A stretch of 64,000 nt of DNA from Candidatus Latescibacterota bacterium (GCA_965248435.1 OZ252100.1:2464001-2528000), one strand, 5' to 3'; counted from the stretch's first letter, positions 1-9,000 are shown. Program-made: numbers and translations. Notes: a model not told the origin generated them from the letters alone.

Positions 1-73
1 TTCCTTCGAGCGAACACCAAAGCGGAATGAGCTTGCCCGGCAAAATGATGCTTGTCCCCTGCGCCGCGGTCAT
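1..73 (-). CDS. 5' fragment of a hypothetical gene running off the window edge
   Basis: ATG at 73 preceded by GGAGGAG about 10 nt upstream; frame open to the edge (MTAAQGTSIILPGK...). Confidence 0.3.
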   Translation of the reverse strand, partial: MTAAQGTSIILPGKLIPLWCSLEG

Positions 74-140
74 GAGCGACAAACTCCTCCGCAAACACTG
101 ATGGTGATCGGGAAGGATGAGTCGGTTCGCGGTTCAACCA

Positions 141-179
141 AAGAAGCCCGGTCCCTTACTCCTTGGGATCGGGCTTTCT
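141..179. terminator. Intrinsic terminator-like hairpin
   Basis: AGCCCGGTCCC / GGGATCGGGCT stem flanked by A- and T-rich tracts. Confidence 0.5.
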
Positions 180-392
180 ATATCGAGGATCTAAGAAAGA
201 TGCCTGCCCGGGTTACCTGGTCAAGGACTTGACGGCTTCAATGACATGGCCTCAAGTCTGCGGATCTACTGGGGGCCGAAGTGAACGGCAGGGCAACTTA
301 TTGAGTATACGATCACGCAACACGAGAATGGTCGAACTGGCTTGGCGAAAACTTCCTTAAGCGGTACACTGCTGATTGCCAACCGTCTTTAG

Positions 393-526
393 GTTGCGAA
401 CGACGATCGACGAACGACGGCCTTTCAGCGCCACGGCGCGTCATCCATTTACCGAGGGCAACGCCCTCGGGTCGCGAAGTACGTAGCGGCGTGCGGCCTG
501 AAGGGCCGCGATAACTTCATATCGCC
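393..526 (+). repeat. Triple-hairpin repeat, copy 1 (IS200/RAYT-end-like)
   Basis: Core 426-513 (CAGCGCC..GGCGCG, CCGAGGGCAACGCCCTCGG, GCGGCCTGAAGGGCCGC) recurs at 3148, 4189 and 5037; the 5' extension is shared with copy 3. Confidence 0.9.
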
Positions 527-568
527 ATGCCTCAATCCCTGTCCCGCACACTGATTCATCTTGTGTTC
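527..568 (+). pseudogene. tnpA: N-terminal stub of an IS200/IS605-family (Y1 HUH) transposase
   Basis: MPQSLSRTLIHLVF resembles the typical TnpA start (MPQSL..I.IHLVFSTKxR); similarity stops after about 14 codons. Confidence 0.6.
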
Positions 569-854
569 CGGATCCCCTACCCATCGCGGACCGTTGGCCC
601 GATGATGCATCGCCTCATAGAAGCTCGCTTTCGGCCAAAAACCTGGAAGATTGAAAATGTGAATGACCTGACGCGTGGGTGCAGACCGCGAAAAGCACGG
701 CTCCCTGGCTTGAACCGTGCCCCAGCTTAAAGCATACCGGGACACGCCCAGCCTAAACCTTGCCAGCTTGTTTATTGGAACGAATCGCGCTATATTATCG
801 TAACACCCTTGATTCACTGGCGTTATGCTGGACGGATGGATCGTGGAGTGATTT

Positions 855-1082
855 ATGGCGGATTGGCAGAATTGCGATGCGGTTGAGCGCGACTCGAAAA
901 AGGTGAGCGGGGCCTGGATATTTCGAGGAACACGGGTCCCCGTATCCGCGCTTTTCGAGAATCTCAAAGATGGCGCGTCGATTGAGCAGTTTCTCGAATG
1001 GTTCCCTGGCATAGAACGATCGCAGGTAGAAACCGTGCTCGATCACGAAGTGAAGGCGCTAGCAGATTCAGTTGATACGTGA
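855..1082 (+). CDS. DUF433-family putative antitoxin
   Basis: Motif SGAWIFRGTRVPVSALFENL..GASIEQFLEWFP; GTGA overlap with the downstream PIN-like gene. Confidence 0.9.
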   Translation: MADWQNCDAVERDSKKVSGAWIFRGTRVPVSALFENLKDGASIEQFLEWFPGIERSQVETVLDHEVKALADSVDT

Positions 1083-1396
1083 GGATTCTATTTGATCAGG
1101 GCACTCCCGTTCCTCTTCGACGATACCTTGCCGATCACTCCGTCGATACGGCCTTTGAGCGAGGATGGTTCAACCTGCAAAATAGCGAATTGATTGCGGC
1201 AAGCGAGAAGGATGGATATCAACTCTTGATCTCTACAGACCAAAGCCTCCGATATCAACAGAATCTGTCCGATAGACAGCTCGCGATCATCGTTCTTCTT
1301 TCAGCTTCGTGGCCACGCATCCAACCGCGAGTTGATGACATCCGAACGGCTGTGGACAAGATTGTTCCGGGTGATTACAAAGAGGTATCGATCTGA
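1079..1396 (+). CDS. PIN-like (DUF5615/VapC45-like) putative toxin
   Basis: MRILFDQGTPVPL...STDQSLRYQQNL motif; translationally coupled to DUF433. Confidence 0.85.
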   Translation: MRILFDQGTPVPLRRYLADHSVDTAFERGWFNLQNSELIAASEKDGYQLLISTDQSLRYQQNLSDRQLAIIVLLSASWPRIQPRVDDIRTAVDKIVPGDYKEVSI

Positions 1397-1561
1397 GACA
1401 TTGCCCTCTGTGAACGTGGTCTCTCCACTGGCTTGAACAGGGTTCTTTTGTCCCGCTGGATGACTCCTCCGGCGGGATTTCTGTACGTGTTTTGCTCAAT
1501 CAGAAATGACTTTTTCGATTCGGCACGGCTGTGAACGAACCTAGTAGACGGTTCCGAATGG

Positions 1562-1957
1562 TCAGGCGATCACATCAACCCCATAACGCGCGAAGACGGC
1601 GTCGCCGGTTACGACGGGTAGGCTGTGGGTTTCAGCCGTGGCGATCAGGATCCGGTCGACAGGGTCGGCATGGATCGCGGGGAGCTCCGTGGCGCGCACC
1701 GCGGCGGCCAGGTCGACGGGAAGTTCCCGGAGGTCGTGGTGTTCCAGGATGGTGGCAAGCCACTCTGCCGGACGCGACGGTAGAGTGAGTTTGCCCTTGG
1801 CGACTTTGATCCCGATCTCAAATCCGGAGATCGCGGAGACGTAGACAACCGGTGCGTCGTCTATTCGGGTCAAGGCGTCCTGAGACAGCTGTCCGCCTCC
1901 CTGGCCCAGCCACAGGATCGCACAGGTATCGAGAAGCACGACCCTACCCCTCCGCAT
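1562..1957 (-). CDS. vapC: Type II TA VapC (PIN) toxin; real start may be GTG at 1939
   Basis: LLDTC, SAISGFEI, HADPVDRILIATA and VTGD PIN motifs. Confidence 0.9.
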   Translation of the reverse strand: MRRGRVVLLDTCAILWLGQGGGQLSQDALTRIDDAPVVYVSAISGFEIGIKVAKGKLTLPSRPAEWLATILEHHDLRELPVDLAAAVRATELPAIHADPVDRILIATAETHSLPVVTGDAVFARYGVDVIA

Positions 1958-2183
1958 CTTCAGAAGGCCACTCGGCCGGACTCATTGGTTCGGTCGGATC
2001 GTAGTTGACGACTGCCTCCTTCGCAAGGGGGTGCGGATCGAGTCGGGTCCGCTTGCGGTACGGAACGAGACTGGCAACCGGCTTGCGGTGTCGGCAGATG
2101 ACGACCTCATCGCCGGTGCGCTCGATTCCCGCAAGGAGGGCGGACAGCTGGGTTTTGGCCTCGTGCACGCTCACGAGTTTCAC
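1944..2183 (-). CDS. Phd/YefM-family antitoxin
   Basis: VSVHEAKTQLSALL...EVVICRHRKPVA motif; GGAGG before GTG at 2183. Confidence 0.9.
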   Translation of the reverse strand: MKLVSVHEAKTQLSALLAGIERTGDEVVICRHRKPVASLVPYRKRTRLDPHPLAKEAVVNYDPTEPMSPAEWPSEDAEG

Positions 2184-2224
2184 GGAATCCTCCAATGAAG
2201 TTAGGGTATCGATTTGATCTATTA

Positions 2225-2253
2225 AACTTAGTCTGATTAGTCATAATTGTCAA
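2225..2253 (-). promoter_or_regulatory. Sigma70 promoter of phd-vapC with GACTAA operator repeats
   Basis: TTGACA-17 nt-TAAGTT; two GACTAA direct repeats overlap the spacer and -10. Confidence 0.6.
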
Positions 2254-2331
2254 GGGGGAGGGTCCGAGCACCGGCACGGCCCGACGACAATCAGAATCCG
2301 GGGACAATGAATCGCACCCAGCGAGGGAAGC

Positions 2332-2586
2332 GTGGGCAACTATCGACCGCAGTCAGCAGATACGACGGAAGCCGTCGATCGCCTGATGTTCGAGGCTTAC
2401 GGACGGATGTCCGCGGACGAGAAGCTGCGCCGGGTCAGGGACCTCAACCGCACCTGCAAGATGCTTTGTCTGCAAGGCCTCCGGGAGAGGTACCCCGATG
2501 CGGATGAGACCGAATTGAGTGCTCGCTGGGCGGCAACGTTTCTCGACGAAAAGATCGTCTCCGCCCTGTTCGGATGGTCCCCATAA
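2332..2586 (+). CDS. Small helical hypothetical protein, partner of the downstream nucleotidyltransferase (putative antitoxin)
   Basis: DT..EA......YGRMS..EKLRRV..L...GLRERYP pattern typical of genes upstream of MNT-like NTases; 4-nt gap to the next gene. Confidence 0.7.
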   Translation: MGNYRPQSADTTEAVDRLMFEAYGRMSADEKLRRVRDLNRTCKMLCLQGLRERYPDADETELSARWAATFLDEKIVSALFGWSP

Positions 2587-2590
2587 ACCG

Positions 2591-3127
2591 ATGAATCAGC
2601 CCGATCCGATAAAGGTCATAAACGATGTTGGCCGGATTCTCTCCGATTTGGGAATCCGGTTCTTCGTAAGTGGGTCTATCGCGAGCTCTCTGTATGGCGA
2701 ACCCAGGTCCACGAACGATATCGACATTGTCGCGGACCTGGACGAGGAAGATGTAAGGAGAGCGATCGAACGATCGTCTTCGTTCAACATCGTCCACAAT
2801 GAAACGGTCCAGAAAGTCGACATCTTCGTGGCCGGACGCGATCCACATACCATCCGGGAGCTCGGAAGGACACACCTGATGACTCTGCAGGACGGGTCGT
2901 CCATTCCGCTGGCCTCTCGAGAGGATCTGATTTTTCAGAAACTGGTGCGGTACGAGAAGGGAGACCGCGTCTCCGATCGACAGTGGCGGGATGTTCTTGG
3001 GCTGCTGAAGGGTTCGGAACCTGACGTCCACTACTTGAAAGACTGGGCGGAGCAGCTCGGCGTCGCAGATCTACTCAGCGAGGCATTCGTAGAATCCGAT
3101 CTGAGTGATCCCGGTGATGAGCGATAA
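2591..3127 (+). CDS. Nucleotidyltransferase-fold protein (DUF6036-like, putative TA component)
   Basis: GSIASSLYGEPRSTNDIDI (GS..DxD) and EDLIFQKL...SDRQWRDV motifs; ATG at 2591. Confidence 0.75.
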   Translation: MNQPDPIKVINDVGRILSDLGIRFFVSGSIASSLYGEPRSTNDIDIVADLDEEDVRRAIERSSSFNIVHNETVQKVDIFVAGRDPHTIRELGRTHLMTLQDGSSIPLASREDLIFQKLVRYEKGDRVSDRQWRDVLGLLKGSEPDVHYLKDWAEQLGVADLLSEAFVESDLSDPGDER

Positions 3128-3147
3128 TTGACGCGATCCTGTTCTTC

Positions 3148-3237
3148 CAGCGCCAACGGCGCGTCCTCCCTTTACCGAGGGCAGCGCCCTCGGGTGCGCG
3201 AAGTACATAACGCAGTGCGGCCTGAAGGGCCGCGATA
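3148..3237 (+). repeat. Triple-hairpin repeat, copy 2
   Basis: Near-identical to 426-513. Confidence 0.9.
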
Positions 3238-3347
3238 TGACCCACCCCGCCCAGCCAGTCGCACGCCTTTCTTGAGGCACCTCCGCCCCAGGCGAACGGG
3301 CACCCCTCCCAGGAGGGGACTTGGCCAGGCGGCTCGTGAAGTGGGTC

Positions 3348-3377
3348 AATTGCGAATTGCGGATTTGGGATTGCGGA
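3348..3377 (+). repeat. Heptamer tandem repeat (ATTGCGG-type)
   Basis: AATTGCGAATTGCGGATTTGGGATTGCGGA; 29/30 identical to the reverse complement of 36881-36910. Confidence 0.8.
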
Positions 3378-3407
3378 GGCGGTGAATTAGCCGAACTTGC
3401 GGAGTGC

Positions 3408-3851
3408 TCAGTCCAGGTTAGATGGCTGGTCTGCAGGATCGATGCGTTGGATGCCCGGGACGGAGTCGAAATGGGTGTCTACAGTGATGATGCGAGTGAT
3501 GCCGTGGCCCGACATGACAGAGCAGTGAACGGCGTCTCGCACCGGGAGGTCGGGATGATCCTCGAGGAGGCGGCAGGTGCCTCGCATGTCAGCACCGGTG
3601 ACGGACAGCAGATCGGGGAACAGGTCCATTACATCGGCTGCGAGACGGAGTCCTTCGACCCTGAGGTTCCGGCGGGAGAGAACGTAGAGCAGTTCCTGGA
3701 CGACTTCGATGCTGGTCACCGCGTCGAGGTCTCCGTCTCCGATACGGGTGAGGATGTCGCCACAAGGAACTTTGAGGCGATGTTCGCTACCGGCAGCGTA
3801 GAGGAAGATGTTGGTGTCGATGAAGACGCGAGTATCAGCGGACGCCGGCAT
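3408..3851 (-). CDS. vapC: Type II TA VapC (PIN) toxin
   Basis: FIDTNIFLYAAG, EVVQE, RDAVH and DTHFD motifs. Confidence 0.9.
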   Translation of the reverse strand: MPASADTRVFIDTNIFLYAAGSEHRLKVPCGDILTRIGDGDLDAVTSIEVVQELLYVLSRRNLRVEGLRLAADVMDLFPDLLSVTGADMRGTCRLLEDHPDLPVRDAVHCSVMSGHGITRIITVDTHFDSVPGIQRIDPADQPSNLD

Positions 3852-4077
3852 CGTGCGCCTCCTCGGCCTCCCGGTCGATATCCTGCCAGTCGACGACAGG
3901 AAGATTCATGATGCCGGCTGCAGCTTCGGCTTTCCGGGGCGGCACCTTCAGGTAGCGCTCACGGACGGCATCACGCACCAACTCGGCGACGGATACCCCT
4001 TCGCGTGCGGCCCGGATTTCGAGCTGCCGGTATTCGGCGGGTTCCATAAGAATCTGGGCGCGTTTGGTTCTAGCCAT
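3835..4077 (-). CDS. Ribbon-helix-helix (CopG/VapB-like) antitoxin
   Basis: KRAQILMEPAEYRQL...GVSVAELVRDAV; AAGGAG 9 nt upstream of ATG 4077; overlaps the vapC start. Confidence 0.85.
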   Translation of the reverse strand: MARTKRAQILMEPAEYRQLEIRAAREGVSVAELVRDAVRERYLKVPPRKAEAAAGIMNLPVVDWQDIDREAEEAHDAGVR

Positions 4078-4155
4078 AGACGACATCTCCTTAGTATGTG
4101 CATAAGTATACATATATACGGCTTCTTTGGCAACCCGAAACCCTGACGGGGCCAA

Positions 4156-4293
4156 GTTGCGAACGACGATCGACGAACGACGGCCTTTCAGCGCCAACGG
4201 CGCGTCATCCCTTTACCGAGGGCAGCGCCCCCTCGGGTCGCGAAGTACATAAACGCAGTGCGGCCTGAAGGGCCGCGATAACTTTGCATCGCC
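4156..4293 (+). repeat. Triple-hairpin repeat, copy 3 (long form)
   Basis: Matches 393-526 including the GTTGCGAACGACGATCGACGAACGACGG extension. Confidence 0.9.
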
Positions 4294-4380
4294 CTGCCCG
4301 TCAGCCAACCCCCAGAGAATGATGCAAATTCAGCGATAATCTCGCCCCCAAGGCAGCAGATCCTCCGATGCACTGCAGCC

Positions 4381-4409
4381 TTGACACGAATACCGTTATC
4401 CGTTATAGT
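4381..4409 (+). promoter_or_regulatory. Sigma70 promoter of higBA (leaderless transcript predicted)
   Basis: TTGACA-17 nt-TATAGT ending 7 nt before GTG 4417; CCGTTAT direct repeats as a likely operator. Confidence 0.7.
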
Positions 4410-4416
4410 ATGATAC

Positions 4417-4710
4417 GTGATAAATTCCTTTCGCGACAAGGCCACGGAAGATATCTTTGACGGTCGGGATACACGCGTTGCGCGTTCGGCGTGTCCGTCG
4501 TCCTTGTGGCCGGTTGCCCGGCGCAAGCTGGATCAGATCAATCGTGTCCGCGACGCGAACCACCTCTCGATACCCCCGGGAAACCGGCTCGAGCGACTGC
4601 GCGGGGACCGACGGGGTCAATACAGCATCCGAATCAACGACCAGTACCGTATCTGTTTCCATTGGGAGGAGGGTCATGCCTTCGATGTCGAAATCACGGA
4701 CTACCACTAA
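4417..4710 (+). CDS. higB: HigB (RelE/ParE superfamily) toxin
   Basis: MINSF.DK.TEDIF...PPGNRLERLRGDRRGQYSIRINDQYRICF...EITDYH. Confidence 0.95.
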   Translation: MINSFRDKATEDIFDGRDTRVARSACPSSLWPVARRKLDQINRVRDANHLSIPPGNRLERLRGDRRGQYSIRINDQYRICFHWEEGHAFDVEITDYH

Positions 4711-4738
4711 GGGGCGGGCTCGGCTCGCTGAGCGTCGG

Positions 4739-5038
4739 CTGCCGACCGACCGCCCACCGACGCACCCAGGAGAGATGCTTCGCGCCGAGTTCCTTGAACC
4801 CCTGGGGATTACACAGACCGCCTTCGCCGCTCGACTGGGCGTGTCCTTTCCCCGGCTCAACGAGATCATCAAGGGGCGCCGTTCGGTAACGCCCGACACG
4901 GCACTGCGACTTGCTCGCGTCCTTGGCATGCCCGCTGATTTTTGGCTCGGCCTGCAGAGCGACTGGGATCTCTGGCAGGCGATGCAAAGTGACAGTGCCG
5001 CCGACATCGAGCAGCTGACCCCTCTCGAGCTGCCTTAG
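4739..5038 (+). CDS. higA: HigA HTH antitoxin (start uncertain: CTG 4739 or ATG 4775)
   Basis: PTHPGEML..EFLEPLG.TQ..A..LGVS..RLNEIIKGRRSVTPDTALRLA...FWLGLQ. Confidence 0.9.
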   Translation: MPTDRPPTHPGEMLRAEFLEPLGITQTAFAARLGVSFPRLNEIIKGRRSVTPDTALRLARVLGMPADFWLGLQSDWDLWQAMQSDSAADIEQLTPLELP

Positions 5039-5170
5039 CGCCAACGGTGCGTCATCCCTTTACCGAGGGCAGCGCCCCCTCGGGTCACGAAGTTCATAAC
5101 GTGGTGCGGCCTGAAGGGCCGCGATAAACTCAGACCGCCCACCGCAATCCCTGTCCCCGCATCTGATTCA
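5037..5170 (+). repeat. Triple-hairpin repeat, copy 4, followed by a degenerate tnpA stub
   Basis: Core 5037-5126 starts inside the higA TAG; 5145-5170 resembles 533-558. Confidence 0.85.
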
Positions 5171-5190
5171 ACCGATCTTGTGCAGACGCG

Positions 5191-5226
5191 AAAAGCCCGG
5201 CTCCCTTCTGAGGGGGCCGGGCTTAA
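5191..5226. terminator. Terminator hairpin between converging higBA and vapBC
   Basis: AAGCCCGGCTCCCT / AGGGGGCCGGGCTT; degenerate copy at about 691-729. Confidence 0.6.
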
Positions 5227-5275
5227 TGTAGCTTGTGCGTGAGCAATCACGATCAATCAAGTTTTACGCTTGACC

Positions 5276-5674
5276 TCAATTCAGGACATCCCAGAGTCGG
5301 AGACCTGGGACCTTCTTAAAATGTTCATCGAAGGTGGCGATCACGGATCCGGTTTCGATGGCCTGGGCGGCAATCCAGACATCGTTCATCGGGATAGGAC
5401 TACCGGCCCGCTTAAGCGTATCCTTAACCTGGCCGAACACCTCGGCCGTTTCCCCACCGATCGGGAGCACACGAACCGTGGGCTTCTGAAGGAAGCGGGA
5501 AAGTTGAGCTCGGTTCTCCCGAAACTTGCTCCCACTTCTGAAGCCTGCGAAAAGCTCGCCCATCACGATCGCCGAGAGGTAGACGGTTTCCGCATCACCC
5601 AGCACGTTGAGAACGCGTTCGTCGCCGCTCAGGAACCGTGCATATGCGTTCGTGTCCAGAAGGATGGACTTCAT
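5276..5674 (-). CDS. vapC: Type II TA VapC (PIN) toxin
   Basis: LLDTNAY, GELFAG, PIPMNDVWIAA and TFDEHF motifs. Confidence 0.9.
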   Translation of the reverse strand: MKSILLDTNAYARFLSGDERVLNVLGDAETVYLSAIVMGELFAGFRSGSKFRENRAQLSRFLQKPTVRVLPIGGETAEVFGQVKDTLKRAGSPIPMNDVWIAAQAIETGSVIATFDEHFKKVPGLRLWDVLN

Positions 5675-5925
5675 TTCCAGTCCTCGGGATCGACGGTTTC
5701 AAAGTCTCCGGTCGCACGACCGAACGCTTCGAGATCCACCTGGGACCAGGACCCAAAAAGATCCTGAAAATCCAGCTTGCGATCAGGCGGCTGCTCAACC
5801 AAACCGAGAGCCTCTCTCAGTAACCGCTTGATCGTCTTGTTCAGGCTCTGGCCAGCCGAATCAGCCTTGCTCCGGATCTTGTCGTCCAGAGAATCATCCA
5901 GCCCGTGAATCGTAATGGATTTCAT
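5671..5925 (-). CDS. RHH/FitA-like antitoxin (VapB)
   Basis: MKSITIHGLDD...SLNKTIKRLL; ATGA overlap with vapC. Confidence 0.85.
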   Translation of the reverse strand: MKSITIHGLDDSLDDKIRSKADSAGQSLNKTIKRLLREALGLVEQPPDRKLDFQDLFGSWSQVDLEAFGRATGDFETVDPEDWK

Positions 5926-5937
5926 TGACCTATCCTT

Positions 5938-5997
5938 ATAGTTCATATTTCTATTCAGAATAGTTCAAAATATAGTTCATATTAGTCCCTTTGTCAA
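5938..5997 (-). promoter_or_regulatory. Sigma70 promoter with three TGAACTAT operator repeats
   Basis: TTGACA(5997-5992)-17 nt-TATATT(5974-5969); ATAGTTCA at 5938, 5960 and 5972. Confidence 0.75.
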
Positions 5998-6092
5998 GGC
6001 TGCTTTTTCAAGGATTTGCACCTTCAACCCAATTTTCCACGCGCGTGGAAAATTGGGTGAGAGCCTTCGAGCCAGCGCGAAACAAGTCAGGA

Positions 6093-9000
6093 CTACTTGA
6101 GCAGGAGCATCTTGTGGATCTGCTGGAAGCCTTCCGCCGCCATCCGGGTGAGGTAGATCCCGCTCGCAACCGGTCGGTTCTGTGCATCCAACCCGCCCCA
6201 GCGCAGGACGTAGTACCCGGCCAGGTGGTCCTCATCGACGAGCGTGGCGACCTCTTGACCGAGGATGTTATACACGCGGATGGAGACGCGACCCGCCTCC
6301 GGGACGGCATACTGGATCGTCGTCTCGGGGTTGAAGGGGTTGGGGAAGTTGGGCTCCAGTGCGAACTCGTCCGGGACGAGAGAGAGCCTGGCGCCAAGGT
6401 TCTGAGCGGCGTTCACTCCCAGCTTGTCGTCGATCAGGAGGCCTTCCACGATCTCGATCAGGCCTCCTCTGGGATTACCATCCAGGATCTCGAAGTGGAG
6501 CCGCGCCGCGATCCCATCCCCTGCGACGGGCGAGCCCTGTGTCATCGCGCTTGCGACTAGGACCTCGCCCTCCTCCGAGACGTGTCTGAGCACTCCGAAG
6601 ATCTCAGCGAGACGCCCATCCTGTTTGAGGATGCCCTGCCCGCCGTCCGTCGCCGAGATGAACTTGAGGTGATCCGGGTCGTACTTCACAGTCACTCCAT
6701 ACCCCTTCAGGTTGTGGGTATTCGAAACCGTGATGTCGGCGATGAACTCCTTACTCTGCGTAGAGGATGAAGGCCTTCTGACGAGCTGCAGTTTGGTGTC
6801 GACGTCTATGCCGTAGGTTTTTACCACGGCCACCGGTTTCGTGCCGCTCTCACCTTTGACGTACTGTTTGTCGAAGAGCCCTATTAAGGCAAGAAAGTCG
6901 AAGAACCCGACCGCACCATCTCCGGTCAGATCGGCGGCCAGGTCGAATCCGGAGTCGCCTGGAGACTTTTCGAAGGCACCCACGAAGCCCAGAAAGTCGA
7001 AGAAGCCGACCTTAAAGTCACCGTCCAGGTCACCGGGAAATTCGGCCGCAGTCGCGTCGACGGTAATCTGGCCCTCCAGGAAGGCACTTTCGAACGTCCC
7101 GTCGCCGGCCTTGACCCGGTAGTAGTAGGTGGTGCCGTCCTCCAGGGTCCTGTCCACGGTCCACGCGGTCACACCGGCTGGATCGCCCGATCCGGTGCCT
7201 GCCCCGGCCGAGAGTCCGGCTTCGAGGGAAAGGGCATCCGAGTAGTCGCTGGACGAGGCCAGGTGGAACGTGTAGGACAATCCACTTCCGGAGCTGTTGT
7301 TGATCACGATCGTCGGGCTGAGTGGGTCACCCTGGATCAGCGCAAGCGTCGGGGTATCCAGACCCTTGTCGACCGCCGGAGTCACGACGTCCGAAGCAAG
7401 GGAGGGATCGCCCGAAAGCTGCTGGGCTGCGAGGGAGCGGATCTGGTAGCTGTAGGACACGTCGTTATCGACGTTGTTGTCCACATAGCTCGTGGCCACG
7501 CCGAGGGTGGCGATGGGACTGAAACTCCCGTCTCCGGCTTCCCGTTCCACGATGTAGCCGACGACGCCCGAAGAGGCACTCGCCTCCCACGCCAGGCTGA
7601 CGATTCCGCTTCCCTCTGTCGCTGTGGGCTGATCAGGGGGATCCGGCGCAGGAACTGCACCCGCCGCGAACGTTTTAAAGGCAGTGACTGTGCCTTCGGA
7701 AGGAGGGTTCCCGGCACGATCGACCGACTCCACCTGGAAGGAGTAGTCTGTGTCAGGCGTCAGGTTGGTCAGGATGAGGACGTGGCTCGTGACGTCCGAG
7801 GCGTCCCCGACGTTGAAGTCGAGAGATCCGCCCGCAGCGCCGAACAACACCGCGCTGTCGGAGACCTCGTCGGTGTCCCACGTGATCGTGGCCGTGCTGT
7901 CGCCAGGCGTGGCGACGACGTTGCTGATGACGGGCGAGGTGACGTCGGGATCGGCGTCGGTCTGGAACGAGAGGATATCACTGCTCACGGGACCGTTGTT
8001 GCTCTGATCCTTGGAGGACACCCGGTAATAGTAGAGCTGATCCGCGTCCAGGTTCGTGAGCGTGATGGTATGTGCCGTGTTGAAGTCGGGATCGTTTCGT
8101 ATCTGGTCGAGGCTCTCCTCGGACGTTCCGAAGGCGACCTCTGCGTCGGCGGCCTCGCTCGTCTCCCAGCCGATCGTAGCCTGTCGGTCATTCTTGTAGA
8201 TCACACTCGCGTCCACCGAGATGACTGGCGCGGAGATGTCTATGTCTGACGGCGTACTGCCGAAGGCGACCTTGCTCAGCGTAGCCCCGTTTCCAGAGAC
8301 ATCCGTGGCCCCGGCCTGATAGGCGTAGGTGGTTCCAGCGGTCAGTTTTGTGAGCACAACCCGGTGTGTCGTCACGTTGTCGCCGGAGATCTCCGAATCG
8401 CCGAGGTCGTCCTCCGAGTCCCCAAAACTGAGCTGGCTGTTGCTGTTCTCGTCCGTGCCCCACTCGATCGTCAGACTCGACGTCGTAGAGGCCACGACCT
8501 TCGGGGCCGCAGTAATCACAGGGAACTGCGTGTCCGGATCGGTGTCGGTCGTGAAGCTCCCGAACCCTCCCGGGACCTGGAGCTTGGTGAGGGGATCGGT
8601 GCTGGTGACCTCCAGCCCGGCCGCGTTCGTCGACGTGACCTGGAAGACATACTGCTGCCCAGGAGTCAACCCCGTGACCTCCACGCTGTGATCCGTCGCG
8701 AGTTCATCTGTGTTTTCCACGACAATCTGAGAGGCTTCCCCGAACACCGGAACGTCACCCTGCAGGGCCAGTTTCGAAGCGGGGAGCGCGCCGACTTCGG
8801 CCAGAGAGGTGGCGTCCTGATCGGTCCTGAATCTGATGATGACGAAGTCGTCCTTGATGTCCACGACCGGGCCTTCGATGATCGACGGCGCCACGGCTGC
8901 CGCCGCAGGTCGCGTGCGGAAGGTGTGATCAAAGCTCAGCCCCAGGATCCCCCCGGCGGGATCTGTCTTGACTACGTTCCCAACGTTGTCCGCGGATTCG

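Noticed and set aside
163-360. 65-aa ORF
   Set aside because: It has a TTG start inside a hairpin and no RBS or motif
393-5997. Classical integron cassette array
   Set aside because: No intI is present, the repeats lack a clear attC R/L box layout, and they do not follow every module; the GCAAC/GTTGC pairings near 4127-4163 are too weak
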